This document shows positions 38,612 to 51,391 of a DNA stretch of 64,000 nt, piece by piece. The notes beneath the pieces were generated by a model. The model searched no databases, had not been told where the DNA came from, and saw only the letters and a list, made by a program, of their open reading frames with translations. The position numbers and the translations under genes were made by a program. Source of the DNA: an uncultured Acidobacteriota bacterium (GTDB taxonomy: Bacteria; Acidobacteriota; UBA6911); NCBI GenBank assembly GCA_963809485.1, contig CAWEJX010000007.1:704001-768000 (forward strand). The letters are read 5' to 3'. Within the stretch, counting starts at the first letter, position 1; each line of letters starts with the position of its first letter.

Positions 38612-41600
38612 ATGCACTCGAAACTGGGGATGTGGTGCGGGGCGTTGATGGAGGCGGCGTGGCTCGCTGCGGCTGCCGCCACACCCCTGTTTTTCAATAT
38701 CTCCTCAAGCCAGGTCTTTGAGCCGGACAAAATGCTCGTGCTCAAGTTCTTCGCCATCCTCTCCGGCGCCGCCTGCGTTGTGAAAATAGCGGACTCGGCC
38801 CGGCAGCGCCGCGTCGAGGAAGAAATGCCCCACGGCCGGATTTTATCCAATCCCATCGCGATCGCCGTGATCTGCCTCGCCGCAGTCTGGACCCTGAGCT
38901 CAATCTTCTCCATCCTGCCGGCGCGCAGCTGGCAGGGTTCTTTTGAGCGCGCCCAGGGGACTTTCGCCCTCTATGCCTACGTCATTCTATTTCTTGTCGT
39001 GCTGTTCGAACTGCGGTCCGCGGCGCAGCTGAGACGTCTGCAATTTGCTTTTATTTTACCTGCTTTCCCTATCAGTGCTTATGCAATACTTCAATATTTA
39101 GGATCCGATCCGATGCCCTGGAGCAATCCGGTCGCAGGCCGGTCTTCGGCAAGCATGGGGAATCCGATTTTCCTCGGCGCGTACCTGATCCTGGTGATTC
39201 CCCTGACCGTCAGCGCAATCGCGGATGCGGCCGGCATGATACGGTCAGGCGGCAAAAAGCCCGGGAAAATCTTTACGCTTTGCTGCAGCGCGGGCCTGGC
39301 GCTCCAGCTCATTGCGCTTCTGTGCACCCAGAGCCGGGGACCGGTGATGGGTCTGGCGGCCGCCGCTTATCTGTGCCTTTTCGTTCTCCTTGCCATGAAA
39401 CGCAATGCACGCAAGGCGCCTTCGCTGAAATGGACCGGAGCCGCCGCCCTGGCAACCGCCGCGCCTGTGCTCGTGTTGGCCGCAGCATGGTTTATGGGAG
39501 GAACGAAGGCGATTTCCTCTCTCGGCCGCGAGGCCCAGGAGGCCGAGGCGACGGTCAGCGTGCGCGTTTGCCTGTGGCAGACGGCGGTCAGCGCGCTGCG
39601 CTCCCCTTTTTCATCCTCCTCTCCGTCCGGCGTCGCGCCGCCTCCATTTCACTCCCTGCGGCCCGTAATCGGTTACGGTCCCGAATGCATCGTATATCCG
39701 GCCAGCCTGAATGCTGTGCCCGGGCTGGTGAAACTTCACGCGGGCCAAACCGTTGACCGCTTGCACAATGAAATATTCGACAGCCTGATATCAACCGGGC
39801 TCTTGGGCGCAATTGCGATCCTCTTCCTGTTCGCGGCTGCTTTTTACTGTGCGCTTCGGTACCTGGGTTTTCCCTGCAGCGGCGCCCGCAGGTTTTTATT
39901 TCCGGTTTTCGCCGTTGCCGGCATTGTCGCCGGGGTTGTGTTGCCCTGGGCGTTGGGCGCGCCTCATTTTGCGGGCATAGGAACCCAGGTGGGGCTGCTG
40001 GCCGGTGTGTTTGCGTTTGCAGCCTGGAGCTCATTCCGCAACCTGATCACGGGTTCAGCCGGCAGCCGCAGGACTCTGGTGCTCTGCCTGCTGGCCGCCC
40101 TCACGGCTCATTTCGTTGAAACCGGCGTGGGCATCGCGGTCACTCCGACCCGCACCTGCCTTTTCCTGGCGCTCGCCGTTCTGGCTGTCCTGACGTCCCG
40201 CGAGCTTAAGGGCGATGAGGCGGTGAAACGCCGGGCTTCCAGGGCGGCGCGCTGGTCCCGGAATCCTTTGCTGCCGATGGCGGCCGCGGCCTGCATTGTC
40301 CTTCTGCTCGAAGCCTGGTGCTTCGTCATAAACACCGGGGACGAGCAGAGCGCCCTGTCGCTGTTTCTGCAGACGTGGTTCAGCCGTCCTCCCGGGAGCA
40401 GATTCCTTCTTCCCGGCACTCTGACTCTGCTGGTGCTTACGGTCTTCGGCAGTCTCGGCCTGATGGCCGGTGAAAACCCGCGCCTCGAAGCGCTGCGCCT
40501 CAAATTCCGGCAGGCTGCGGTCGCGCCCACACTCTCCATGATTTTCACCTGGCTGGCCGGCGGCCTGCTTGCGGCAGTCTTCTGGACGGCTCTGGATGCG
40601 GACGCCGCCACGCCGCTGCACGTGTCCGCGCGCGCGGAAGCGCGCATGACCTATTTGCTCTGCGCCCTTCTGCTGCTGTGGATTGGGGCCGCGCTCAGCC
40701 TGATCGCCGCAGCTGCGGACGACTCGCGCAATCCCGCGTCCTCCGCCGGCGGCATGCGCAGGCTGTGGCCCGCACTGCTGCTGGCCATTTGCGCCCTGGC
40801 TGCAATCTCCGAACTGATCCTCCGGCCCGCCCGGTCGGACATCGCGCGGCGCATCGCCTCGATTTGTGAAGCTTCCGGAAATTACCCCGGCGCGGCTCAG
40901 GTCTACGAAAGAGCGGTTGAATTGTCGCCGCGCACGGTTGCGAATCACCTGTCGCTCGGGCTCGCCCGGAGCCGGGCTGCAATGGCCGAAACAGGCCGGG
41001 GCAGGGATGCGCATTATGATGCCGCCGCGCAATCCTACGCCCGGGCGCTGGAGCTCAATCCGCTGGATCCGGCTGCGCATAGGGCCGCGGGATCTTTTTA
41101 CGCCCAGACGGGCGAAAGCCTGCCCGACCCATCGGAAAGGGCCGCGCGGATTCGCAGAGCCCTGCCGTACTTTGAACAGGCCACGCGCCTGGCGCCCGGT
41201 TATCCCGACGCCTATGCAGAATTGGGCCGCTGCCATTTTCTGCTCGGGGAAGAGGCTAAGGCCGGGGAGCTATACAACAAGGCCCTCCAGCTGAACCCGC
41301 TGTTTTCACGCACCCACATGTTCATTGGGGAGATGCATTACCGGCGCAAAAACTACCGGCAGGCCCTGGATAGTTTCCTGCAGGCATCGCAGAATGACTT
41401 GCAGAATCTCGATGCGAGCAAGAGTGCCGCAGCCATGCTGGTGCTGCTCGGCCGCAGGCAGGAAGCGGTTGAGATTTATCTGAAAGCGCTGGCAATATGG
41501 CCGAAGGACCCGGACCTCCTGAGGCGGCTGGCTTCGCTTTACTTCAGCCTGGACGACTACAGCTCCGGCGTCACCTATGCCCGCCGCGCCCACGCCGCCC

Positions 41601-41668
41601 TCCCGCCCAACGCCGCCGGCAGCTTCGACTCTTTTATCGAGCAGCTTCGTAACGCGGACCTACGCTGA
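38612..41668 (+). CDS. O-antigen ligase/Wzy_C-like membrane protein with C-terminal TPR repeats
   Basis: FEPDK, SASMGNPIFLGAYL, TQSRG, R..LWQ, IGYGPE, DRLHNEIFD, about 7 TPR-like units. Ends NADLR*, encoded by a repeat arm. Confidence 0.82.
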   Translation: MHSKLGMWCGALMEAAWLAAAAATPLFFNISSSQVFEPDKMLVLKFFAILSGAACVVKIADSARQRRVEEEMPHGRILSNPIAIAVICLAAVWTLSSIFSILPARSWQGSFERAQGTFALYAYVILFLVVLFELRSAAQLRRLQFAFILPAFPISAYAILQYLGSDPMPWSNPVAGRSSASMGNPIFLGAYLILVIPLTVSAIADAAGMIRSGGKKPGKIFTLCCSAGLALQLIALLCTQSRGPVMGLAAAAYLCLFVLLAMKRNARKAPSLKWTGAAALATAAPVLVLAAAWFMGGTKAISSLGREAQEAEATVSVRVCLWQTAVSALRSPFSSSSPSGVAPPPFHSLRPVIGYGPECIVYPASLNAVPGLVKLHAGQTVDRLHNEIFDSLISTGLLGAIAILFLFAAAFYCALRYLGFPCSGARRFLFPVFAVAGIVAGVVLPWALGAPHFAGIGTQVGLLAGVFAFAAWSSFRNLITGSAGSRRTLVLCLLAALTAHFVETGVGIAVTPTRTCLFLALAVLAVLTSRELKGDEAVKRRASRAARWSRNPLLPMAAAACIVLLLEAWCFVINTGDEQSALSLFLQTWFSRPPGSRFLLPGTLTLLVLTVFGSLGLMAGENPRLEALRLKFRQAAVAPTLSMIFTWLAGGLLAAVFWTALDADAATPLHVSARAEARMTYLLCALLLLWIGAALSLIAAAADDSRNPASSAGGMRRLWPALLLAICALAAISELILRPARSDIARRIASICEASGNYPGAAQVYERAVELSPRTVANHLSLGLARSRAAMAETGRGRDAHYDAAAQSYARALELNPLDPAAHRAAGSFYAQTGESLPDPSERAARIRRALPYFEQATRLAPGYPDAYAELGRCHFLLGEEAKAGELYNKALQLNPLFSRTHMFIGEMHYRRKNYRQALDSFLQASQNDLQNLDASKSAAAMLVLLGRRQEAVEIYLKALAIWPKDPDLLRRLASLYFSLDDYSSGVTYARRAHAALPPNAAGSFDSFIEQLRNADLR

Positions 41669-41726
41669 AAAAATATAAATAAATGATCAGCGTGCGTCGG
41701 CGTTTTATCAGCGTAAGTCAGCGTTA
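41650..41726. repeat. ACGCYGAC element
   Basis: The left arm supplies the last codons and stop of the ligase gene. The right arm ends 4 bp from the convergent stop. Confidence 0.88.
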
Positions 41727-41730
41727 AAGT

Positions 41731-42297
41731 CTATTTAGCTTCTTTCGGGGCCTGCACATTGTCGGGAGGGATGTCGGCGTGGACGACGCGGCGCAGGAAT
41801 TTCCAGCGGCCGTTTTCCTTCACGAAAGTATCCTCGTAGTGCCCGAGGTAGACGGGTTGCGGGCGCCCGCCTTCGCCCTGCACCACGAACATCCACTTCG
41901 TCGTCCCCGAAGCCCGGTCCCCGTCAAGGTCGAAAATCTGGTTGGTGAATACGTGGAAGTTGGGCGGCCCGGGTTTCCCCGTGTCCCTGCCGATCGAATC
42001 TTCCATCAGCTTGCGTATGGCCTGCGGGCCTTTGGCGCTGCCCATGCCCCCGACCCATTCGCCATCCTTCTCGGCGTAAAGCGCGGAAAAGGCCACCCAG
42101 TCCCTCTTGTCCAGATAGCGTCCGTAATCCATCGTCAACTGCCGTATCTCCTCGCGGTCCTCCAGGGCCTGGATGCGCTTGCCGGCGGCGTCCTGCGCTT
42201 CTGTGGAAGGGGCCCGGTTGCAGCCCGAGACCATAGTGAACGCGAGGGCTGCGGCGATGCAGCCTGCCAATGCTCTCAGTAGCATACGTTTTTGCAT
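41731..42297 (-). CDS. SnoaL-like/NTF2-family lipoprotein
   Basis: Lipobox-like VSGC, LEDREEIRQL..YGRYLD, GHYEDTFVKENGRWKFLRR. Confidence 0.8.
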   Translation of the reverse strand: MQKRMLLRALAGCIAAALAFTMVSGCNRAPSTEAQDAAGKRIQALEDREEIRQLTMDYGRYLDKRDWVAFSALYAEKDGEWVGGMGSAKGPQAIRKLMEDSIGRDTGKPGPPNFHVFTNQIFDLDGDRASGTTKWMFVVQGEGGRPQPVYLGHYEDTFVKENGRWKFLRRVVHADIPPDNVQAPKEAK

Positions 42298-42335
42298 ATG
42301 GGTCAACCTCGCTATGGATGCCCGAGTATACCACT

Positions 42336-42442
42336 TCACGCTGACGTACGCGGGCAAAACGCTGACTTACGCTGACAAAAAAATATATATATATTTTTTT
42401 AGTCGGCGTGAGTCGGCGTCCTGTCAGCGTACGTCAGCGTTA
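42336..42442. repeat. ACGCYGAC palindromic element (full)
   Basis: The right arm encodes the HAD C-terminus [14 protein letters not shown]. Confidence 0.9.
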
Positions 42443-43016
42443 ATCTTATGTCGGTGGCGAGCATGCCGGCTTTGCGGGCGGCTTCGAGGCCGAGGTCGCC
42501 GTCTTCGAACACCTGGCATAATTCCGGGGCGACGCCGATTTGCCGGGCGGCTTCCAGGAAAATTTCGGGCGAGGGCTTGGGCTGAATGTCGTCGTCGGCC
42601 GTCACGATAGCCTGGAAGCAGTCCTGAATGCCCAGGGCCCGTAGCTCGAGATCGACGTTGTCCCGTACGCCTCCCGATGCGACGGCCATGGGGAGGATGC
42701 CGCGGTACCTCCTCACGACATCTATTACGTGCGGGATGGGTTCGAATCCGCCGGGGTGCGCGCGAAAAAAGGCGTGCTTGGCCCTCACGACTTCAGCAGG
42801 ATCGAGCGAAACTCCGTAGTGCCTGTTGTAATGGCCGACGATCACCTCCTCCGGCATCCCTTTTTTGGGAATAAAAAATTCCGGATCCCACTTTCCCCCG
42901 TGCGACGTAATGGTGTGTTCCCACGCGCTCATGTGAAGCGGCATGGAATCCACCAGCGTCCCGTCGCAGTCGAAGATGAGCCCCCTAATGTATTCCGGCA
43001 CTGCAATTCTGCACAT
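42399..43016 (-). CDS. HAD-superfamily phosphatase (beta-PGM/YqaB-like)
   Basis: LIFDCDGTLVDSM, AVASGG, PKPSPEIFL, VFEDGDLGLEAA. Confidence 0.9.
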   Translation of the reverse strand: MCRIAVPEYIRGLIFDCDGTLVDSMPLHMSAWEHTITSHGGKWDPEFFIPKKGMPEEVIVGHYNRHYGVSLDPAEVVRAKHAFFRAHPGGFEPIPHVIDVVRRYRGILPMAVASGGVRDNVDLELRALGIQDCFQAIVTADDDIQPKPSPEIFLEAARQIGVAPELCQVFEDGDLGLEAARKAGMLATDIRLTLTYADRTPTHAD

Positions 43017-43031
43017 GATTTTTGTTCTCTC

Positions 43032-43063
43032 AACTGGAAACTGGGAACTGGAAACTGGGAACT
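43032..43063. repeat. Heptamer tandem (AACTGGA/AACTGGG)
   Basis: AACTGGAAACTGGGAACTGGAAACTGGGAACT next to a stop codon. Confidence 0.65.
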
Positions 43064-43067
43064 CTAT

Positions 43068-44548
43068 TCAAAACGGATTCTCGCTCGGGTATAACATTTT
43101 CCTCGAACGATTATGATGAACGTCGTCCACGCCGAGCATTCTGCAGGCGGCGAAAAGCGTTTTGCCGGCATGCTTGAATGCTATGGCCGTATGATGCGGA
43201 AAGCGTTTCTCGATCAGGACGTGCCGATAAAAACGCCCCATTTCCTTCACGGCGAAAACGCCGATGGATCCGAAGGACCTTGGATTGATTTCGAGCACCT
43301 CCCCGTTCGCCACGTAGGCCTGGATGCGCGCTTCGGGCGTCGACTGGATGCGGAAGATGGAGATCGGCCCGGACTTGATCCGTCCTTCCAGCGTTCCTCG
43401 CGTGATATCGGGATCGCGGCCCGGTTCCTGCAGGCGGTGCATGATCAGCTGATACTGCATGGACGGATTCATCAGGCAGGCGGACGATGTGTTGCCGCAA
43501 TGAAAGCCCATCCACAGGTCGCTGAGCGCGTAGTCGCCCACCTGCCTTTTTGCATTCTTCGTACATGTCCTTGGGAACGGAGTTGTTGATGTCCAGGATG
43601 GCGGGCGGCAATTCCGTCGCGCAGACGGACATGTATTCGCTCAGCGCTCCGTAGATATCGGCTTCGCAGGCCACGGGGATGCCTTTCGCCGCCAGCCGCG
43701 AGTTCATGTAGCAGGGAACATGGCCGAAATATTTCTCGAATGCCGGCCAGCACTTATTGGCAAACGCCACGTACCGGGAAGCTCCCAGGTTCGCCTGCAT
43801 GAACTTCTCGAGGGCGCATTCGTACTGGGCCATTTTCTCCAGCAGATCCGGATAGGTATTGCCCTTGCCCAGTTCCTGCGCTATCTTCCGGCGGCGCGTT
43901 TCACTTCGGGCTCGCCCTTTTCGGCCTGCACCAGGTCCAGAAAGATCCAGTTCGCTGTTTTCCATGATCTCGACACCCAGGTCGAACAGCGGCTGAATCG
44001 GCGCGTGGCAGGTCAAAAAATCAAACGGCCGCGGACCGAAGGAAATGATCTTCAGATTGCGGACGCCGAGGACAGTGCGCGCCACCGGCAAAAACTCCGC
44101 CAGCATCGCGGCGATATCTTCCGGATCTCCGATGGGGTATTCCGGAATGTACGGCCGGAGGCGCCGCAGTCCGATGTTGTAGGATGCGCTGAGCAGTCCG
44201 CAATAGGCGTCGCCGCGGCCATTGATCAGGTCTTTGCCGCTATCTTCCGCGGCCGCCACGAACATGACCGGGCCGGCAAATCTCTGGGCCAGCAGCGTCG
44301 TGGGCCCTTCCGGGCCGAAATTGCCCAGGTAGATCGCCAGCGCGTTGATGCCTTTCTGCTTCATCTCGTCCAGGGCTTTGAGCACATCCTGCTCATTCTC
44401 GATGATCGTTTCGATCTCGATGACCGGCACGTGGAGCTCCCTGCAGGCGGCAACCACGTTGCTCCGGCGCTTGCGGCGAAAGCTCGATCGGGAAACAGTC
44501 CCGGCTGACGGCAACGATACCAAGTTTGACATCAGGTATGTTTTGCAT
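43068..44548 (-). CDS. L-fucose/L-arabinose isomerase family protein, apparent frameshifts
   Basis: MQNIPDVKLGIVAVSRDCFP, YLGNFGPEGP, RGDAYCG, ANKCWPAF, VACEADIYGA, FHCGNT, GTLEG, FPHHTA. Confidence 0.8.
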
Positions 44549-44554
44549 GAATGT

Positions 44555-45254
44555 TCATCCTTGTTTTTTCTGGCCGTAATAGGCATTCGGCCCGTGTTTT
44601 CGTTGATAATGCTTCTCCTGAATATGCGCGGGCAGCGCGGAAATCGCGGGATTCAGCTGGAGGGATCCGAGAGCCATCTGGGCGATCTTCTCCAGGATAA
44701 GCCGTTTCTGTACGGCATCCGCGCAATTCTTCCCCCAGACAAAGGGAGCATGTCCGGCCACCAGCACGCCCGGGGTGGCCAGCGGATCCAGGCCGGCAAA
44801 ACGCTCGATGATGACGGTCCCCGTCGCGCGCTCATACCCTTCGCGACTTCCTCTGCGGTAAGGAAGCGTGTCACGGCACGGGCCCGTTGAAGTGATCGGC
44901 GTGGGTCGTTCCGAGGCACGGAATCTCACGGCACGCCTGCGCAAACATGGTCGCATACTCGCTGTGCGTGTGGACGATGCCGCCGATGGCGGGGAAAGCC
45001 TTGTAAAGCTCGAGGTGCGTCGGCGTATCCGAAGAGGGACGAAGATGTCCGTCAACGACATTGCCCTCCAGGTCCACGACGATCATGTCTCCAGCAGTCA
45101 TGGATTCGTATTCGACGCCGCTGGGCTTGATTACGACGCGCCGGTCCGAGCGGCTGATGCCGCTGACATTTCCCCACGTCAGCGTCACCAGGCCCATAGC
45201 GCACCAGGTCCATATTGGCCTGAAAAACCTCTTCCTTAAGCTGGTCTCGAACAT
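44555..45254 (-). CDS. araD: L-ribulose-5-phosphate 4-epimerase, apparent frameshifts
   Basis: [63 protein letters not shown]. Confidence 0.9.
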
Positions 45255-46975
45255 CAGTCAGTGCTCTCCGCACCTCGTCCCGGATATCCAGCAGGTCTTT
45301 CATGACGTTGAACATGCGTCCCGACCACTGCCGGGTGCCAAAAGCATCATGCAACTGGCGGTAGAGCGCGTACAGCTTTCGATAAATCACGATGGTGTTC
45401 GCGGCGGGCCGGTATTCCCTGCCGATTCCGACCATGGCCTTCTGCGCGTCCGCAGCCGAGTCGTATCCTCCCGCTGCCGCGCCCGCAGCGACGGCCGCAA
45501 AAACGGCGGCCCCCAGGGCCGGCGTCTGTTCGCTGCGCGAGATCTTCATGGGACGGCCGGTGATGTCGGCGTAGATCTGCATCATCAGCGGGCATTTTCG
45601 CAGGCCAGGCCGCCGCAGTTGACCACATCTTGATCGGCACGCCGTATTCCTCGATCCGATCGATGATGACCAGTGCTCCGAATCCGGTCGCTTCGAGCAG
45701 CGCCCGGTAAATCTCATGCGGCTGCGTGTGCAGCGTCTGGCCGATCAGCAGGCCCGAAAGCCGCACATCGACCAGGATGGTGCGGTTCCCGTTGTTCCAG
45801 TCGAGCGCGAGCAGCCCGCTCTCGCCGGGCTCGAGCGCCGCCGCGGCCTTCTCGAGATTCGCAAACTGTTCGTCCTGGGTCCTGCCGTACTTCGCCGGGA
45901 CCAGCGTGTTCACGAACCAGAGAAAAATGTCGCCGACGGCCGACTGTCCCGCTTCGATGCCGTAGTACCCGGCCATGACGGATCCGTCCACGATGCCGCA
46001 GACGCCCGGGAATATCCTGCAGCGGCTCATCGTTCGGGTGGATCATGATATCGCACGTGCTCGTCCCGATGATTTTCACCAGCGTTCCCGGGGAAATCCC
46101 GGCGCCCACCGCGCCCATGTGCGCGTCGAAGGCACCCACGGCGATCGCGACGGAAGGAGAGAGCCCGAGCTGCCGCGGCCCATTCGGCGCGAAAGCGTGC
46201 CGGCGCGATGATCGGCAGTATATGCCGTGTCGTACAGTCGCGGGCGCGAGCGATCCGAGTCCCGGGGAGAAGCTGGTCGAGAAATTCGCTGTCCGGCAAG
46301 TCCGTGCCAGTGCCGGATTGAAGATGCGCCTTGTGCCCGGCCGCGCAGACGCTGCGCTTCATGCGTTCTGCGGCGACAAGCTCGCCGGTCAGGACGGCGG
46401 GAATCCAGTCGCAGATTTCAACCCAGCTGGCGGCGGCATCGAATACATCCTTCGCGACGTTTTTGCAGTGCAGGATTTTGCTCCACCACCACTCGGACGA
46501 GTAGGTGCCGCCGATTTTCGAGAGGTACTGCGGGCGCATTTCCGACGCCAGTCTGCGTGAATCTGCGCGGCTTCTTTGTAGCTCGGTGTGATCCTTCCAG
46601 AGCCACACCATTGCGGCGGGATTGTCTTTGGAATCTCTCCTGGAAACAAAGAGCCTGCCCCTCTTCATCCACCGGCATCGGACTGCTTCCGGTGGTGTCG
46701 ACTCCGATGCCGATGATGTCGGCCGGACTGAAAATCCGGATCGGCTCCTTCCCTTTTTGAATGAGCGCCCTTGATCGTTGCCTCGATGCCGAGGAGATAA
46801 TCCGCCGGATTTTGCCTGGCCAGATTGGGATCCGAAGCATCGAGTAATGACGCCGTCGCTTCCCGAAGGGTACGGGAAGACATGGCTGGCCAGTCTTCCT
46901 GTGCCCGAAGTCACGTCCACCAGCAAGCGAACGGCAGGAATTCGTGCCGAAATCCGACGAACGCCAATGATCAGC
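45255..46975 (-). CDS. araB: Ribulokinase, many apparent frameshifts, start unclear
   Basis: [73 protein letters not shown] in successive frames. Confidence 0.82.
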
Positions 46976-47005
46976 GTAGTCGCGGACAGTGTGCGTCAGC
47001 GTTAA
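46970..47005. repeat. Degenerate or collapsed ACGCYGAC right arm
   Basis: TCAGCGTAGTCGCGG..GTGCGTCAGCGTTA immediately after the symporter stop. Confidence 0.6.
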
Positions 47006-47007
47006 TT

Positions 47008-48767
<1,760 letters not shown>

Positions 48768-48788
48768 GCAATGTTCTCCTCTTACAAG

Positions 48789-49947
48789 CTATTTGGTCGA
48801 AAATTGATAGATGGTAGTCTGACGATACATTTGTCCCGGCCTCAGCGTCACAGACGGGAATTGCGGCTTGTTCGGCGAATCGGGAAAAGCCTGGGTTTCC
48901 AGGCAGAGCCCGCTTCTGTGCTGATAGGCGACGCCGTTTTTCCCTTTCGCCGATCCGTCAAGGAAGTTGCCGGAGTAGAACTGAAGCCCCGGCTGATCGG
49001 TGAAGACGGTCATCATGCGCCCGCTGCCGACTTCATACAGCTCCGCGACCTTGCGCACACTGCCGGCGCTGCCTTTCAGGACCCAGTTGTGATCGTAGCC
49101 CTTGCCAAACGCCAGCTGCTCATTCGGCGTCGTTGATGTGCGCTCCGATCGCCATGGGAGTGCGGAAATCCATCGGCGTGTTCGCCACATTCATCAATCT
49201 GCCCGGTCGGAATGAGTCCCTTGTCCACCGGAGTGATAGCCGTCCGCCTCGATCATCAACAGGTGATCGAGAATCGTGTTGTCGAACGAGCCGGAGAGAT
49301 TGAAATAGGAATGCTGCGTCGGATTCAGTATCGTGGGCTGGTCCGTCGTTCCTTCGTAGTCGATGCGCAGTTCGTTTTTGTCCGTCAGCGTATAGGTGAC
49401 TTTCAGCGTCACCGTCCCGGGATATCCTTCTTCCCCGTCCCGGCTGACATATTGCAGCTCGAGCGACGGTTCGGCGGAATCGCTCAGAATCTTTGCATCC
49501 CATAGGACTTTGTTGAAACCGGTTTTCCCGCCGTGGAGGTGGTTCTCGCCGTCGTTGACCGTCAGCTGGTATTGCTTTCCCGTCCAGCTGGAACTGCCCT
49601 TTGCCGATGCGGTTGCCGTAGCGTCCCACGATGGCCCCGAAATAGGCGGTGCCTTCGACGTATCCCTCCAGGGAATCGTAGCCGAGGACCACGTCCTCCA
49701 TCTTGCCGTTCCGGTCGGGGACGATGAGCGACGTGACCGTCGCGCCATAGTTGATGATCCCTGCCGTGAGACCGGAGCGGTTTTTAAGCGTGTATTGGTG
49801 CACCTCGCGTCCGTCAGGGAGTTTGCCGAAGACCGATTGCGTCATGGAGGCCGGCTCCTTTCGCTCTGTTTTCGTGGTTTCTTTGCGGCACGATGCCGCG
49901 CAAAAAATCGGGATGATGGCAAGGCAGAGAAGCGGGATACTCTTCAT
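48789..49947 (-). CDS. galM: Aldose 1-epimerase (mutarotase), lipoprotein signal, apparent frameshifts
   Basis: NYGAT, DVVLGYD, FGAIVGRYGNRI, NHLHGG, EEGYPG, HSYFNL, GYDHNW, QFYSGNFL, LCLETQ.FPD. Confidence 0.9.
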
Positions 49948-50032
49948 AGTCCATGCTCCGCGAATGGCGTTTTTTCGTTATAGGGTGAATGCGCAGTTTC
50001 GCATAACATCCGGCAGAGGGCAAATCCTAAAA

Positions 50033-50098
50033 AACGTTGAACGTTTGAACGTTTGAACGTTCAACGTTCCAACGTTCCAACGTTCCACCTTCCACGTT
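50033..50098. repeat. AACGTT-core heptamer array, inverted halves
   Basis: AACGTTGAACGTTTGAACGTTTGAACGTTCAACGTTCCAACGTTCCAACGTTCCACCTTCCACGTT. Confidence 0.85.
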
Positions 50099-50176
50099 TT
50101 ATATGGTGGAAGCGAGGATTGAAGGATGGAATAATAGGAAAACGAAAATCGACATCTGATAAAGGAGGCAGCAGAA

Positions 50177-51112
50177 ATGGCAAGAACCAAAGAATTTGCT
50201 CATCTTATGAAACCGATCCTCATTCAAAATCCTCCTGCAGGACTTTACCCCGAACCGCGCATGTGGATGGAGGCGAAGGACCTCGAGGGATTCGACGCAC
50301 ACTTCAGTTACGGGTTTATCCAGAAACCGTCCGTGATGCACCCGCTGGAAGGCTCGCTCATTCATCCTTATGACGAACTATTGGTTTTCGTCGGCTACAA
50401 AGACGGCGATATCATGAAACTGGGTGCGGAAATATCGGTGGAGCTCGGCGAAGAGCGTGAAGAGCACGTGTTCGACAAGCCTTCGGTGATCCTGGTCCCG
50501 AAAGGCACCCCGCACGGACCGGTTACCGTCCGGAAACTCGATAATCCCATCGTTCATTACAGCATCGGCCTGGGCCCCGAATACAAGGCTTCCGCCTTGC
50601 CGAAAAAGGCCAAAACTTCCGGGACCAAACACGCCCATCTCATCAAGAGAATGCTGACCTACAAGGATCCCAACGACACATCGGGATTCGCAAGAGTTAC
50701 CGACGAAAAAGGCATCATGCACCCCGCCGAACTGGGAGTCGGGCCGGGCAACGGCGACCAGATCGTGTGGCTCTACGGCCGCGACCTCGAGGGGATGAAC
50801 GTAAACTTCACCTGGGGCCTTTACAGCAGGTGTGGCAAATGGCACCGCGGAGGCGAAGCCCATACCCATCCCGAAGCCGAGATCCTCTGCTTTGTCGGCC
50901 TCGACCCCAGCGACCTCAACTACCTTGGCGCCGAACTCGAGCTGGGCATGGGCCCGGATTACGAACGGCACGTTTTCAACAAGCCGACCGTAGCCATCTG
51001 CCCGCAGGCCTTCCCCCATCTGCCGCTCATTACGCGGTGGGTCGACAAGCCCTACGGCTTCATGGTGATCTGCCTCAGCGGCGAACACGATTCGCCCTGG
51101 GTCGAGGCGTAG
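50177..51112 (+). CDS. Hypothetical protein with two cupin-like internal repeats
   Basis: HPYDELLVFVG..GAEISVELGEE.E.HVFDKP..VPKG.PH versus HTHPEAEILCFVG..GAELELGMG...E.HVFNKP..CPQ..PH. RBS AAGGAGG. Confidence 0.75.
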   Translation: MARTKEFAHLMKPILIQNPPAGLYPEPRMWMEAKDLEGFDAHFSYGFIQKPSVMHPLEGSLIHPYDELLVFVGYKDGDIMKLGAEISVELGEEREEHVFDKPSVILVPKGTPHGPVTVRKLDNPIVHYSIGLGPEYKASALPKKAKTSGTKHAHLIKRMLTYKDPNDTSGFARVTDEKGIMHPAELGVGPGNGDQIVWLYGRDLEGMNVNFTWGLYSRCGKWHRGGEAHTHPEAEILCFVGLDPSDLNYLGAELELGMGPDYERHVFNKPTVAICPQAFPHLPLITRWVDKPYGFMVICLSGEHDSPWVEA

Positions 51113-51113
51113 C

Positions 51114-51135
51114 GTGGAAGGTGGAACGTGGAAGG
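51114..51135. repeat. Short GTGGAAC/G heptamer array at stop codon
   Basis: GTGGAAGGTGGAACGTGGAAGG directly after TAG. Confidence 0.6.
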
Positions 51136-51146
51136 CTGAATGCATT

Positions 51147-51381
51147 ATGGCCAACCACCGCCTCTGGCGCCGCGACTCAAAGAGTTTGACAGCTCCGTAT
51201 TTTGAAACGCTGACGTACGCTGACATGACGCTGACGTACGCTGAAAAAATATATAAATTTTTTTCGGCGTGGGTCGGCGTCCGTTCAGCGTAAGTCAGCG
51301 TTCAAGACCGGCGTAACTAGTCCAACCGTTTTGAGCGGTTCAAATCCTTCAAGCCTCCGGCTTTGCCGGAGGTACCTGACT
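51147..51381. mobile_element. IS200-like MITE copy containing a full ACGCYGAC element (about 51204-51304)
   Basis: Degenerate left end, GACTCAAAGAGTTTGACAGCTCCGTATTTTG, element, then a right end near-identical to 15253-15332. Confidence 0.7.
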
Positions 51382-51391
51382 GAGGCCAGTA

